From assembly GCF_018350175.1 (NCBI RefSeq), contig NC_058368.1:60886001-60950000 (forward strand): DNA of 64,000 bases, read 5' to 3'. Origin of the DNA: Felis catus. Its lineage: Eukaryota. The notes under the pieces are model-generated. The model was not told where the DNA came from. It did no database searches and saw only the letters and a list, made by a program, of their open reading frames with translations. A program made the position numbers and the translations under genes. Position 1 is the stretch's first letter. Each line of letters starts with the position of its first letter. Shown here piece by piece: positions 36,750 to 50,448 of the stretch.

Positions 36750-38800
36750 GGCAATCGGTGATCAGTGACCATTGATGTTACTATTGTAACTGTTTTGGAG
36801 ACCACAAACTGTGCCCATATAAGGTGGCTAACTTTATTGATAAGTGTTTTGTGAGTTGACTACTCAATTTCCACATTTCTTCCTCCCCTTGGACCTCCCT
36901 ATTCCCTGAGACACAATATGGAAGTGAAGCCAGTTAATAACTCTACAATGGTCTCTATATGTTTAAGTGAAAGGAGGAGTCACAAATCTTACTTTAAATC
37001 CAAAGCTAGAAATTAAGCTTAGTGAGGAATGGATGTCTAAAGGTTGAAAGCTAGGCCTCTTAAGCCAGTTAGTAGAGTTAGTTGTGAATGTAAAGGAAAA
37101 GTTCTTGAGGGATATTAAAAGTGCTACTCCAGTGAACAAATGAATGATAAAGCAAAACAACTGTATTGTTAATGTTTTAGTGGTCTCAAAAAATCGACCA
37201 CAATAATCCCTTAAGCCAAAGCCTAATCCAGAGCAAAGCCCTAACTCTTAATTTTATGAAGGCTGAGAGGTGAGGAAGCTGTAGAAGTTGGAAGCCAGCA
37301 GATGTTGATTCATGCAGTTTAAGGAAAGAAGCCATCTTTAGAACCTAAAAGTGCAAAGGTAAAGCAGGAAGTTCATATACAGAAGCTGCACCACATTATC
37401 CAGAGATCTAGCTGAGATCATTCATGAAAGTAGCTACACTAAACAGACAATGTAGAGGAAGCAAATTACTGTTGGAATAAGATGTCATTTAGGACTTTCA
37501 TAGCTAGAAGAGAAAAGTCATGCTTGACTTCAAAGCTTCAAAGGACTAACTCTTAATAGGGACTAATGCAGCTAATGATTTGAAGTTGGAGCCAGTGCTC
37601 ACCAACAATTCTAAAAATCTCAGGATTCTTCAGAATTTTGCTGCAACTACTCTTGCCTCTGCTCTACAAATGGAATGATAAAGCCTGGATGACTGCACAT
37701 TTGTTTATAACATGGTTTACTGAATATTTTAAGCCCACTGTTGTGAGACCTTCTCAGCAAAAAAAAGATTCCTTGTAACCTATTACTGCTTATTGACAAT
37801 GTACTTGGTCACCCAAGAGCTCTGATGAAGATGTACAAGGAGATTAATGTTTTTATGCCTGCTAACAGAATATCCATTTGTGGATCAAGGAGTAATTTTG
37901 AGTTTCAAGTCTTATTTACAAAATGTTGTAAGATTGTAGTTTCCATAGATTATTTATCTCACAGATCTGGGCAAAACAAATTGAAAAAACCTTCTAGAAA
38001 GCATTAGCCATTCTAGCTGCCATTAGGAACATTCATGATTAATGGGAAGAGCTTGCAATATCAATGTTCACAGGAGTTTGGCAGAAGTAAGTTCTAGCCC
38101 TCATGGATGACTTGAAGGGGTTTATGGCTTAAGTGGAGGAAGTCAGGACAGATGTGGTAGAATTAGCAACAAAACTAGAATTTGAAGTGGATTGAATATC
38201 TGACTCAAGTGCTGAAATCTCATGACAAAACTTCAATGGATAAGGAATTGCTTCTTATGGATGAGCAAACAAGGTAATTTCTTGATGAAATCTCCTGGTA
38301 AAGATGCTGGGAAGATTGTTGAAATGATAACAAAGGATTTAGAATGTTGCAGAAATTTAGTTGGTATGATAAAGCAGTAGCAGAGCTTGAGATTGACTCT
38401 AATTTTGAAAGCACTATGCCCACAGTACAACTTGTATCAAACGGCATCACACGAGGCAGAGAACTTTATGAAAGGAAGAATCAACACTGCAAACTTCACT
38501 GTTGGTCTTATTTTAAGAAGTTGCCAGTCACCCCAGCCTTTAGCAACCAGCACTCCGATTAGTCAGTAACTATCAACATGGAAGCAAGACTCTCTACTAG
38601 CAAAATAATTGACTTGCTGAAAGCTCAGATGATGGTTAGCATTTTTTAGCAACAAAATGAAGTACGTACATATTTTAGATATGCCATTCCACACTTTTCT
38701 GCTTTCCCAGTGCATATAAAACTCCTTTGACTTGGTTTGTGGTGATATTCACTTTATTGTGGTGGTCTGGAACCAAACAAAAACTGAGGTATGCCTCCTG
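36539..38800 (+). mobile_element. Near full-length Tigger1 DNA transposon with disrupted pogo-like transposase
   Basis: TA|CAGTCATACATC...GAGGTATGCCTCCTG|TA termini. Degenerate ORF from ATG 36948 with KEKFLRDIKSATPVN and PLSQSLIQSKAL. Confidence 0.93.
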
Positions 38801-38974
38801 TACAGAGCCTTATTCAAACTTAGCTTGATACAATATGCCACTTTTTGAAGACTTTGCCAAAGTGTTAACATAAGTTTGTAAGGAATATAAACACAAATGA
38901 AAATATTTAAAATGTGTTCAAAACTTTCTTCTTAAGACCATTTTAATATAATACTTAATACATAGTAATATCAA

Positions 38975-40808
38975 GCCACTCCCTTCTAGCTTGCTAAGTT
39001 TCTGTTTAGAAATCTCCAGCTAGCCTTATGAGTTTTGCCTTGGAAGTTAAGGACTTCACGTCTCTTGCTGCTTTTAAGATTTTTTTTTCTCTATCACCAT
39101 ATTTTGCAAAATTAATTACAATAGGTCTGGATGTGGGCCTGATTTTGTTAATGCTGATGGGAGTTCTCTGTGCCTCCTCAATCTGCTTCCTTCCCCAAAT
39201 TATGGAGAATTTCTGATCTTATTTCTTGCTAAGTTCCCTAAATCTATTCTCAAGTTTCCATATTTTTTTCTCTTTTGTTCAGCTTCATTTTTTTTCCATT
39301 ATTTTGTCTTCTAGGTCACTAATTCATCCCTCTGTTTTTTCCAGCCTGTTCATTACATTAAGCATGTTTCCAATCTAGTTTATTGCATTCTTCATCTGAT
39401 TCTTTTTTCATTCCTTTATTTCTGTGGTAAGGGTCTCCTGGAGGTCTTTTTGTTTTCGCGTGTGTCGGGGGGAAGCACGTGAGTGGGGGAGGGGCAGAGG
39501 AAGAGAAAGGATTTAACACCAGCTCCATGACTAGCATGATTCTTAAGCCCAGTGAATATCCTTATGATGGTTACTTCAAATTCTCCATCATGCATTTTAT
39601 TTATTGTTTTGCTGAGATCTCAGGCCATGATCTTATCTGTTTCTTTTGTTCGAGATACATTCCTCTGTATTGGCATTTTGTCTGTCTCTTCCTTTTATGT
39701 GTTAGAAAAGCCAGTTGTGTCTTCAGCTTCTGAAAGTGATGGCCTTATGAATAAGAGGTCACGTAGTATGCAGGACCTGGTGCTTCAGGGAGTGTCTCCA
39801 GTGTGTGATGCATGGGCTCTGCTGTTGTGTTGTGGCTACTCTATCTTTAAGGGTAGTTGTCTACAGAGGCGCTCTCCCTGCCTGCTGTGGACAGTGTTTG
39901 GTTCCTGGCCTAAATTTAGTGAGTTTTAACCAGGTGTGCTCTAGTCTGCTTATAAAGTGAGACCTGGTACCACTTCTACCACAACTGAGGCTCTGCAGAA
40001 CTCTGATCTGGAGATGTGGTGTGGTCAGGGGCTCGTGTTGGTCTTTTGGGAGAAGGACTTGCTGTATTGGGACTGAGGAAAGCCTGATTGAGTAGGGCAG
40101 TTCTATCAGAGTGCAGGGAAGTATGACTTGATGTAAGCAAGTTAGACACTCAGGGTGCTGTGTTCCTTCCCTCAGGTGGCTTTGTGTATGTGCTGGGGGG
40201 TGAGGGGGATGTGGGAGGGAAATGGTGCCAGCCAGCTCCTTTGTTGCTGGAGAGACATTTCTGTGAATGCTGCCTCTCAGAAACACAATCCAAGAACAGT
40301 GCATCATGTCCCCACTGTGTAACCCAGTCTTCCTTCATCTTTTTTCTATGCTGTCTGTCCCCAGTTTGGTTTGCCTGCTCTCATTCTAGGAACAGGGCAG
40401 TGTCCTCTGGGCTCTATCTTAGCCAAGCTTGCTCACCATTCAAAACTTCAAGCTTTAAGCCCTGCTGATTGCAAGAACTCACATAATTCAGCCCCTCTCG
40501 TTTTCCAGGACCATGGCTTTGGGGAAATGTTACCCTTGTTTATCTCCCCGTGTGTTCCTCTCTCTCACCTTTCTCTGACCATGGCTCCCTTCTTCCCTTC
40601 CCCAGCAATGGGGATCTGCTTCTCCCACTAAGCATGTCTCTGCACTTCCTACTTTCTTCAATGTGGCCTCTTATCTCTCTTCAGTTGTAGAGTTTGCTTT
40701 GTCAGTCTTCAGATTGATTTCTGGGGTATTTAGGATGATTTGATAGTGTCTAGCTGTGTTTGTGTGACAAGACGAACCTAGGGTTTTCCTATTCCCCTGC
40801 TATCTTCC
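38975..40808 (-). mobile_element. Carnivore L1 5' UTR and ORF1 portion
   Basis: The minus strand starts GGAAGATAGCAGGGGAATAGGAAAACCCTAGG (L1 5' end-like). Antisense ORF1 motifs 'tctcttgctgcttttaagatttt' and 'gggagttctctgtgcctcct'. Confidence 0.82.
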
Positions 40809-41373
40809 TTTTAGGAAAAAAAAATCAAAAATATACAAAATTGTTGAGATTTCTCCCTGAGGGAGAATTGAATGATTTCTTTTACTGAAGTCAATCCAGT
40901 ATAAAAATGTAATTTTATAAGTTGTAAAATCCTAAGAAGTTTAAAAGGTGTTCCAAGATTTAACTTTTACATTTTTGTGAGAAGAAAAACATTCCATAAC
41001 TAGAGCATCCTTCTTTAAAAAAAGAAGACTCTTGTATAAATCCTGGTGAAATATTTTCAATCTTTTGTACTGTAACTGGAATCAGGCCAGCTGATAAGAG
41101 GAATTCTCAAAATACCATACACTTTTTGCTCAAGCATTGATCTTTCTGACACAAAGACATGAAGTTAAGTGCTTTTAGAGGGGGTAGGATGCTTCAAAGA
41201 GAAAATATGGTAAATGAGGGATATAAAGGATAATTTGTGGTGCTAAACATTTAATAGAACATAGATGACATTACTGATATAAGATAACTTAAATGTTTTG
41301 AATTTCATTGAAAGAGGAATAATGTATTGCCAATGGTGGTGATAAGAAGCTATAGTAAATTAAAAAAAAGTGA

Positions 41374-41578
41374 GGGGTGCTTGGGTGGCTCAGGCTGTTA
41401 AGCGTCCAGCTTTGGCTTGGGTCATGATCTTGCAGTTTGTGAGTTCCAGCCCCATGTTGGGCTCTGGGCTGACAGCTCAGAGCCTGGAGCCTGCTTGGGA
41501 TTTGTATCTCCCTCTCTCTGCTCCACCCCTCCCCTGCTAGTGCTGTGTTTCTCTCTCAAAAATAAACATTAAAAAAAT
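41374..41578 (+). mobile_element. Can-SINE
   Basis: GGGGTGCTTGGGTGGCTCAGG head; AATAAACATTAAAA tail. Confidence 0.93.
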
Positions 41579-44211
41579 TTTTTTTTAAATGACAAAACTG
41601 ACAACTCTGGTTCTGGATATATTTCGCATTTAGTAAGCTAGAGTTTAGAGAGCCAAAGATAAATAACAAAATTAAGGATTTATAAATTGAGAGTCTTGAA
41701 GTAAAGTATACAGAAAAGAAAAATATGAAAAATGGCTTTTAATAACAAATAGTGTGTGTGGAAATGATTACAATTTGAATTACTGAAATACATGTGAGTT
41801 TAAAAACTGGCTATTGATGGCTAGTCACATATCTAAATTCTATGGGAAGAGGAGAAACCTCTGTGGTGTGATTTTAGGAAAAGACTTTGCTAACTAGGAA
41901 ATTACACTCTATATTCCTTAAGTGTCCATCATTTTCACACATTGGATTATTGTATAAAGCTACTGTAATTGTATCTTTATAATTGTAATTCTCATCAATA
42001 AGTAGGAAATTAAAAATTCAATGTCAATGTTTCAGATAAAACTAGTTGATCAATATTCTAGAGTAAAATAATACTGTGCAGAAATGGAATGTCAAAAAGG
42101 CTCTTAGTGGGTTTTTTAGAAGAATGAGAAGTGGTAGAGTTAGAATCTGCTTATTATATGGGTCAATAATTGCTTCAAGGAGCTGAATGAATTGCTTGTC
42201 CATTGGTGTGACATGCCAAAGATAAAGGCATATCCTAGCAAGAGAGATGATGATTATATAGCTGGGTTGGCTATATTCTTTTGACTGATTTACTTATGCT
42301 GTGGTGACTTCATTTTGGGGGGAAAAATGCCTAGGGTTTGTGAGATGCTGCAATGAGAGATTTAAGCAATCTATATAAAGCCAAACTTTCCCATACATGT
42401 TCAGAGTACTTCCACTACTTGGTTCAAAAAAGTCAGGCAATTTTTTAGAAAATTAAGAATTTATTTTAATGATCCTTTTCTTAAGCCTGCATTCCAGATG
42501 AAATCCTATCACTCCCCAAATTCTTCCTGTAAATTTCTTTCCTCTGAAGTCCTAGTATCTGAAATTTGAAAATAAGGCAAAAAGTTGGGGGTCACCATCT
42601 TTTTAATGTCATATCAGGGTAAAAGATCAATTAGAGTGAATATATCTAATTCAAAATGTGTACTATTGATTTGATCTAGGGTTAGGTTTACATGATAAAT
42701 TGTAGAATTTTTTGAAACAGGTTTTTTTTTTGAGATGCTAAGAATTTGGAAAACATAACCCAGAGTTATGATTTATGATACTGTATGACATTACTTAAAT
42801 TTGTAATTAGCTAGCGGGTTTATCCTAACATTACCTGAAAACTACCAGTTTCTCAAATGCTCTTTGAAGGTTTTATTATCTTACCGGTTCCTTGATTGAG
42901 TGCAATAAAATATTTGGTATTTTTCATATTTTTACGAAAGATACAGTTTAAAGCTTGTAGTTTTCAATTCCTTATCCATTTTAATCATTGTTTTCAGAGC
43001 AAAATGTAATTTTTCTCCAAAAACTTCCTGCTACTGCAGACATTATTCATATGAGGATATTGTGCATTAGCTTTCATGAATTGAAGAATATTTGTATATT
43101 CTGAATAATCTTCATTAAGATAATTCTGTTTTAGCAGGAATAACATGGATTTCAAACTGTAAATATAAGTATTAAGGTCAAGTATGTTAGATGATATAAC
43201 TCATCTGTTGAGCACTGGAGGAGAAACAGTTAAGTTATTCTGGCCATTTTTTCCCCACTCCAGGAATATCATCATTAGGAACTTCGTGAAAACATGAGTC
43301 CTCATACTTGCATATAGATATATTGAACCAGTATATCTAGGAGTGATGCTGTATAGAGAATATGTCCTTTTTAAAAAGTATCCCCTTGATTAAGAGGAAG
43401 AATCTTTTGAATTATAGATCTAGTTTTGAGATAGAAAGTTTGAGTAATTCTAATCTCAGATGAGGCGTAGACATATAAGGATAGAAAACTGAAAGTATAT
43501 ATGAAAATATTCTTTCCAGGGGCAAACTTTGATATATGTGGCAAACTATATGGGAAGTTTAATCAAGCTTTATGTTAATGTTGAACTCAAGTATGTAGAC
43601 ATTGTTTTGTGTTTTGGAAATAGAAGAATCATATCTGCCAGCTTCAAAGAATGGCTTTTTAATGACATTTTTAATCATAAAAAATTCATATAGGCCACCA
43701 TTGAAGAAGTCACCCTTAGAATAAGAAATCAAAGCCCAAAAAACTTTATTAGCTTTGAAAGATACATTAGAGGACGGACAGCAGGGCAGTGAAGCTGCTT
43801 TAGGAGTGTGTTGGAAGGGAAACTTTGATTGGAGCAGTTAAAGGGTGATTGTGTGAAGTCAGCCTTGCACAAAGAATAAAGGTCCACAATGAGGTCGTCA
43901 AGGAGCTTATTTCATTAGAGGTAACAGCACACAGTGACATCCAAGTGTTTTTAATTAGTTCCTGTTTTTCTTAATGTCATCTCTATATCTACATATTTGG
44001 TGAATTCTGGTTTTCTGTTCAATTACCAGAAACACTCAGATACAGCAGGGCCATCAACAATATATAACAGATGTAAAGAAAACAAAATTTAATTACATCT
44101 AATACTGTAATAGTGGAAGTCACCTCACTAGTTTTAAAGCCAGTGGAACAGCCCTAAGGAAATTCCTACTTGGTCATGTTGAGGTTTAACTTGCCAATCA
44201 AAAACTGATGA

Positions 44212-44429
44212 GGGGCACCTGGGTGGCTCAGTTGGTTAAGCGTCCGACTTCAGCCAGGTCACGATCTCGCGGTCCGTGAGTTCGAGCCCCGCGTCGGGCT
44301 CTGGGCTGATGGCCCAGAGCCTGGAGCCTGCTTCGGATTCTGTGTCTCCCTCTCTCTCTGCTCCTCCCCCGTTCATGCTCTGTCTCTCTCTGTCTCAAAA
44401 ATAAATAAACTTAAAAAAAAAACAAAAAA
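44212..44429 (+). mobile_element. SINEC_Fc-like Can-SINE (young)
   Basis: Near-consensus and CpG-rich; TSD-like AAAAAC(T)GATGA. Confidence 0.97.
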
Positions 44430-45399
44430 CGATGAAATACCAAGTGCAGTGTCTGTTTCCCTCAAATTTCACTGTAACTAACAGACCCTATATTTACTTT
44501 TCAGGTCAATCTGATTATCATACTCACATAAATGATCCTAAACTGCTGGGTGCATCTTTATATATCTCTTCAAATTAGAAATACACATAAAATAGTTACA
44601 GCATCAGCCTATGTGTGACAGTGTAGATGTTTTTCTGTGAGAAGGAATGTGTGTGAAGGTGTGTTTGAGGGTGTGACTATGAAATTGTAAATGCAAGTGT
44701 GTAATTGTGTGTGATTATACGTGAGAGAAAATAGTTGTTAATGGTATATTTTACTGCTTGACACAGTCCTTGTTTATCCTATCTTATTCTGTAAGATCAC
44801 AAAGTTACCTTAGAATGTGGGTGTGTATATGTGTTAATTCATCTTCTCTAGTAGACAAATTCAGTAGGCTACAATAGTAATAACTTCCCTCCCTATCTAA
44901 CAGAGTTGAACTAAATTAATGCCTGCTATAGCGGTGTGTACTGAAAAGGGGCATTACAGAACTGTGTACTGTCCTATGTAGGGGTCATACAGAGGTTTTT
45001 ATTTCTATGCAAGTATTCATAACTTGGTCAAAAGAAAGATTATTTTTTTTTTTTTAAATATTGAGTCAGTATAGGTCTTGTCTCAGGAAAACTAAAGTTC
45101 TAAACCTCTTATGGAATAAGAAGAGGAACACAAAATATTTTATAAAAATTAAAGGAAACTTTGCACAGTGTAGCATCTGTAGGAGTCGTACACATTTCCT
45201 TAACTTTAGCACAGATTAAAGAACAAAGTGACAGATATTTCCTTCTAATATCCTTCTTCCCTGTAATATGTTCTGTGGAATTTGGGATGGATCATGAAGA
45301 ATGGTCATAATCAAAAGTATTCAGGTTAAGATGGTAGATCTCACGTTTAATGTGTTTACCCCAGTTAAAAATATTGGAAGAATAGTAACTCTCCTGCTT

Positions 45400-45585
45400 A
45401 CTGTCAAGCATTTTACCTCATTTTAAAACTCTCACAACCGCAATGGGAGGGAAGTCCTGTTACCTGATTTTTCAGATGGGATTGACTTCCAGGTGGTGCA
45501 GCAAGAGCCTTGCCCAGGGTCCACACATCTACTCAGGGGTGGGTCCAGAGTAAATCCCTTCAGTCTGGCTTAATTTCACTGCTCT
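45400..45585 (-). mobile_element. MIR remnant
   Basis: 'ctcacaacc...atttttcagatggg...cttgcccagggtccacacatctact...cagtctggct'. Confidence 0.6.
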
Positions 45586-45839
45586 GTTTTGATTCCTTCT
45601 ATACTATGCTGATAACTTCCATGTGTGAAATGTTTTTCCTATTTTTCTGAGGTAAATTAACCTATGTGTTTTTATTTAAACCTGAATTTCCATTACGGTT
45701 TCCATGTGAGGTTTATTTTTATGGGGGTAACCTATTAACACTGCCTGGAACTAGTGTTGAGTGGAATGTGCTTTGTAGGTCTCTTTTGTATTGCAACAAT
45801 ATGTGAAGTTTATAGTCTATTTTGATTTCTACTAAATAC

Positions 45840-46215
45840 AGTGTTGGATTGGATTCCCTGGGAAATGTAGTCTCAGCCAGAGATTTAGCTAAAAGTTCAT
45901 GAGGAATATTCTGGAGAAAAATACCTACATAGTAAGGAGAATAACTAAAGATGAAGGAGAAGTTGAAATGTAGTTCATTTGCAACAGAGAAGGCTGACCC
46001 TGTAGGACAATTTGGATTTGGCATGACCCTTCAGACTTCCCAAACTGAATTCTTGGTTTGACCAGTTATTGGGTATGGGTTGATCCTTGTTTGTGGAAGG
46101 TATTTTCCTTCAGCAGAGGCCCAAGGAGGGCATCAACTGCAAGCCAACAGCAGCCAAGATTCCCAGTAACTGAGTAAATGAAAGTGTTAGTCTTGAGTGG
46201 ATTACAGCAGAACAC
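45840..46215 (-). mobile_element. LTR16C-like (ERVL) LTR
   Basis: 'ggattccctgggaaa...gagatttag...ggagaagttgaaatg...ttgcaacagag...atgacccttcaga'. Confidence 0.6.
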
Positions 46216-46359
46216 AGAATTTTTTATACCTGATAAATTTAACCACTTTTAGCATAAAGTTCTGAGTTTGGGAAAACACATATATTAATGTAACAACGAT
46301 CAGGAGATGGAACAGTTTTATCTGTCAACAACGTGTCTTTAAATGGCCTTCTTGAAGTA

Positions 46360-47160
46360 TAATAAAGAACTACATAGTGCACATAGTTTGAGTTTGGACA
46401 TACGTAAACAGTCATGATACCATCGCTACAGTCAAGGTAATTGGAATAACTAGTACCTCTCAGAGTTTTAAGTCCTTTTGCTTTATTTTTGTGATAAAAT
46501 GTCACATGTTCTTATCCTCCTAGCAAATTTTCAAGTGCACAATACATATAGTTAACTATAGGCACTATATTGTACAACAGATTTTCAGACATTATTCATC
46601 TAGTGCTATAGATTGAGCCCCCTAAAATTCTAGGCTGAAACCTAATCCCCCATGTAATTGTACTTGCTGGGAAGTAATCTGGGTCATGAGGCTGGAACTC
46701 TCATGAGTGAAAATATAGTGCCTTTATAAAAGAGACCCTGGAGCACTCCCTCCCCCATTTTACCATGTGAAGACACAGGGAAAAGATGCCTTTTAGCGGG
46801 CACCTATCTGCTGGTGCCTTGATCTTGGATTTTCCAGCCTCCATAACTGAGAAACATTTGTTGTTTAAGCGACCCATTTTGTGGTAATTTTGTTAGAGCA
46901 GCCCAATTTGGCTAAGACCTCTAGCATCCCTAAAATTTCATACTTATTAAATAACAAATCTCCATTTCCCTATGCAGCATCCCCTGGTAACCACTATCCT
47001 CTGCTTTTACGAGTTTGACTATTTTAGCTACTTCAAATGAATCATGTAGAATTTGTCTGGCTTGTTACACTTAGGATAATGTTCTCCAGGTTAACCTATG
47101 CTATTGAAAATGGTGGGATTTCCTTTTTGAAAACTGAAGAATATTTTATTTGTATACCAT
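46360..47160 (-). mobile_element. Old L1 3' end split by a MaLR LTR
   Basis: 'gttaactataggcactatattgtacaacaga..ttattcatct' continues after the LTR with 'cccctggtaaccacta...gagtttgactatttta'. Confidence 0.8.
46604..46919 (+). mobile_element. MLT1A0-like MaLR solo LTR
   Basis: TGCTATAG...GCTAAGAC termini; perfect 5-bp TSD TCTAG at 46599-46603 and 46920-46924. Confidence 0.88.
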
Positions 47161-47520
47161 GTTACTAATTTATGTGTAGTATAAAAATAATTGCTCTCTA
47201 TATTGTGAGATTGCTTTTATAGAACTTTTTTATATGCTAAAATCCAAACTATATTGCTACTATTTATATAGTCATTTATTTTTTAAAGCAATTAACACAA
47301 TCCTTTCACACTTAGCTTTTTTTTTTAACCATTTTCATGGGTTTTTGTTTCTTGGTGTTGATCTAAACTTCTCTCATTGTATTGTTCCAAGAAGTTCCTT
47401 TCCTATTTCTTCTAGCATAGGTCCATTGGTAATTCAACCAGTCTTTCTTTGCTTAAAAATCCTCACTACTTTATTTTTGAAATTAACTTTTGTTGGTTTA
47501 ATTTTTTTTCCTTCTAGAAC

Positions 47521-47725
47521 TTTTTTTTTTTTACTTTATTTTTTAAAGAATTTAAGTCTATTTGAGAAATAATGCATAAGTGGGGCAGGACAGTGAGAGA
47601 ACCCCAACCAGGCTCTATGCTGACAGTGTAGAGACTGATGGGCTTGAATTCATGACTGGGAGATCATGACCTGAACTGAAATCAAGAGTCTTATGCTTAG
47701 CTTGACTTAGCCACTGATGCACCCC
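47521..47725 (-). mobile_element. Can-SINE
   Basis: Reverse head ending CACCCC; TSD CCTTCTAGAACTTT on both sides. Confidence 0.92.
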
Positions 47726-47874
47726 TCCTTCTAGAACTTTAAAGTTGTCACCACATTGTCTTTTGGCTTACAAATACTTTGGTGAGAAATCTGTTTTCTT
47801 CATGCAATGTATTTTTTTTTTTTTTGTCAGTTGATCTGGTTTTTCTTTGGTTTTCTTTTGTTAAGACACATCTG

Positions 47875-47905
<31 letters not shown>

Positions 47906-48231
47906 GCAATTGTTTTTAGATTTTTGGTATTTTAAGGTACTGTGAGTTCTTTGAATCTGTGGTTCAGTAATTTTTCAGTGCTGTTGGAAACTTTTCAGTC
48001 ATTGTGTCATCAAATGTTTTTGTGTTCTGTTTTCCTTCTGGGATTTTAGTTATGCTATCTGATATTATCCTGCATTTCTTGGATGTACAGTTGACTTTTC
48101 CTGTTATACTTTGTATAATTTCTGTTGACCATACCTTAATGTTCACTAGTATTTTTTGGCTCTGACAAGTCTGCTGATGAATCCTTTAAAAAAGAATTCA
48201 TCATCTTTTTGACAGTCTTTTTTCTTTCTTT

Positions 48232-48417
48232 AACATTTTTTTTTAAAAGTTTGAGAGTAAGCATAAGTGGGGAGGGGCAGAGAGAGAGAATTCTGAGCAA
48301 GGTCTGCACCATCAGCACAGAGCCTGATGCAAGGCTCAAACTCATGAACCATGAGATTATGACCTGATCTGAAATCAAGATTCACATGCTTAACTGACTG
48401 AGCCACCTGGGCACCCC
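48232..48417 (-). mobile_element. Can-SINE
   Basis: Reverse head ...GAGCCACCTGGGCACCCC; TSD TGACAGTCTTTTTT. Confidence 0.93.
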
Positions 48418-49792
48418 TGTGACAGTCTTTTTTTCTAGCCTTGTCATCCCATTATATAACTTTTTTGTTGAAGTTATCTATTCATACATGATGATCACCT
48501 TTAAGCATAGTCATTTTACAGTTTTTCCCATCTAACCCCACATGGGATAGTCTCTGGATAAAGTTCTTTTGTTTGTTTCTTGGCAGACAGTTGTTTAATC
48601 CTCACTTTTTTGTGTTTGAAAATTTTAATTTACTGCTTAACATAATATCGAGAACATTTAGAGGCTAAAATGTATATAATTCATGCCTTGTAATGTTACA
48701 TGTCTCTTTATCTCTGAAAATGATAGTGTAGGTGTATGGTTCAATCCTGTTGGAGTTGAGCTGGGTTTGGATCTTGTTACTGGAGTTCATCTCTACCTTC
48801 AAATTTACACCTTCCCTCTAAATCCTTCAAAGGTCTCCCTTAATTCTCCTAACTTTCCCTAAGTGGTTGACTGCTATGTCTTGCTAGGTGATGCTTAACT
48901 TACCTGCAGTCTCAGGCAAGCTTCCAGGTGGGGCTCTCTCAGTGAGTCTCCCCTCACCCAGGTGGGACAACTCTTTCCTTGGCTGGAGACCCAGGACAAT
49001 TTTATGTGGGGATTTTTTTTAATGTTCCCTTAGCTGTACTGTGTGCCTTTCCTAGGAGGGTAAAGGAGTTTGCTGCCTATCATTTAAAAAATATTCTTCA
49101 TGAACTATGAAAGTTAAAATAACTTTTGGTTTCTTTCTTTATAATGTGGCCTGAGAACAAACCACTTTACTACTTAAAGTTCTTTCTTTCTCCTTGGAAT
49201 ACAAATGCATATTGGTGAATTATTAATATTTGTTTCCTCTATAAGGAATTATTCATAACTTGCATTTTACTTTATTATTTACTGAAGATAAGAAGGAATA
49301 TTCATGATGAATGACTGAACCACCAAAAAGGAATTTCCTATTCTTAGTCTGTTTTTTATTTTCTTCATCTATTCATTTTACATATCTTCACTTAAGCACT
49401 TACTTTTGTTTACTATTTGCCAAACATATTGCTACACTTAGAACTTTACATAAATTCTTACTTTTTATAGTCTGCTATGATGGCATTGTTACTTACACAG
49501 AAAGGCTAAGTAAATTTGTTCAAATTACATCAGAAGAGTCTGAAATTAGAGCTGAGTAGACCAACTTTATTCTGATATGCCTGTATGTTATAGTCCCAAA
49601 GGTAATTTGAACTCTCCTATAACTGATATCTGTGTGCATATACACGATGCAAATCTGTGCTTATAAAAGGATGTACATTTCTACAAATGTATTTTTTTGA
49701 TGTATGTACACATGAATGTCAAATTTCTTTGAAGAAATTTATTCACTTATACTTTAATTCTTCAAATATTATACACACACACACACACACTG

Positions 49793-49974
49793 TTTTTCAG
49801 TATTTATTTTTGAGAGAGAGCAAGTGGGGGAAGGGCAGAGAGAGACAAAATCTGAAGCAGGCACTGTGAGGTCAGTTCAAAGCCTGATGTGAGGATTGAA
49901 ACCACAAACTGAGAACGTGACAGGAGCTGAAATTAAGAATTGGATATTTAAACGACTGAGCCACCAGGTGCCCC
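49793..49974 (-). mobile_element. Can-SINE
   Basis: Reverse head ...GACTGAGCCACCAGGTGCCCC; an (AC)n lies next to the tail. Confidence 0.9.
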
Positions 49975-50254
49975 AAACATTTTATATTTTAAATGTAATG
50001 ATTTTTAGTCCAAAAGTTTTATTTTCTATTTATTGACTTCTATTGAATTTTTCTTTTATCATTGACATTTAAAACCTCAAGGTTAGTTTCCTTAAATTTT
50101 ATCTGATATGGTTGCATCTATATCTGTATAGTATTGTCCCTAACTTTAGTATTTTAATTTTTAAAATGGAGTCTTTATGAATTTATCCTGGAGTCTTTAC
50201 TTAAACACCAGTTATCCCCATTTGAGATCTACATGTGGTTTGTTTTGTTTTTCA

Positions 50255-50448
50255 AATTAAAATTAACGTTTATTTTTGAGAGGGAACACAAGGTGGGGGA
50301 GGGGCAGAAAGAGAGGGAGACACAGAATCTGAAGCAGGCTCCAGGCACAGAGCCTGATGCAGGGCTTGATCTCACAAACTGGTGAGATCATGACCTAAGT
50401 CAAAACCAAGGGTTCAATGCTTAACCTACTGAGTCACTTAGGTGCCCC
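50255..50448 (-). mobile_element. Can-SINE
   Basis: 'gagggagacacagaatctgaagcaggctccagg...ctgagtcacttaggtgcccc'. Confidence 0.92.

Larger units (their letters stand above)
47340..49050 (-). mobile_element. Degraded old L1 ORF1/5' region with inserted SINEs and a (GT)n at ~47877-47904
   Basis: Antisense ORF1 motifs 'tgagaaatctg' and 'ttggaaacttttcagtcattg...caaatgtttt...ccttctgggatt'. Confidence 0.55.

Noticed and set aside
39479..40631. Cluster of overlapping 60-150 aa ORFs
   Set aside because: They fall in the GC-richer L1 5' UTR, where stops are rarer; no recognisable protein motifs.
44212..44290. tRNA gene (A/B-box-like motifs)
   Set aside because: It is the tRNA-derived head of a SINE, continuing into the CT tract and poly-A with TSDs.
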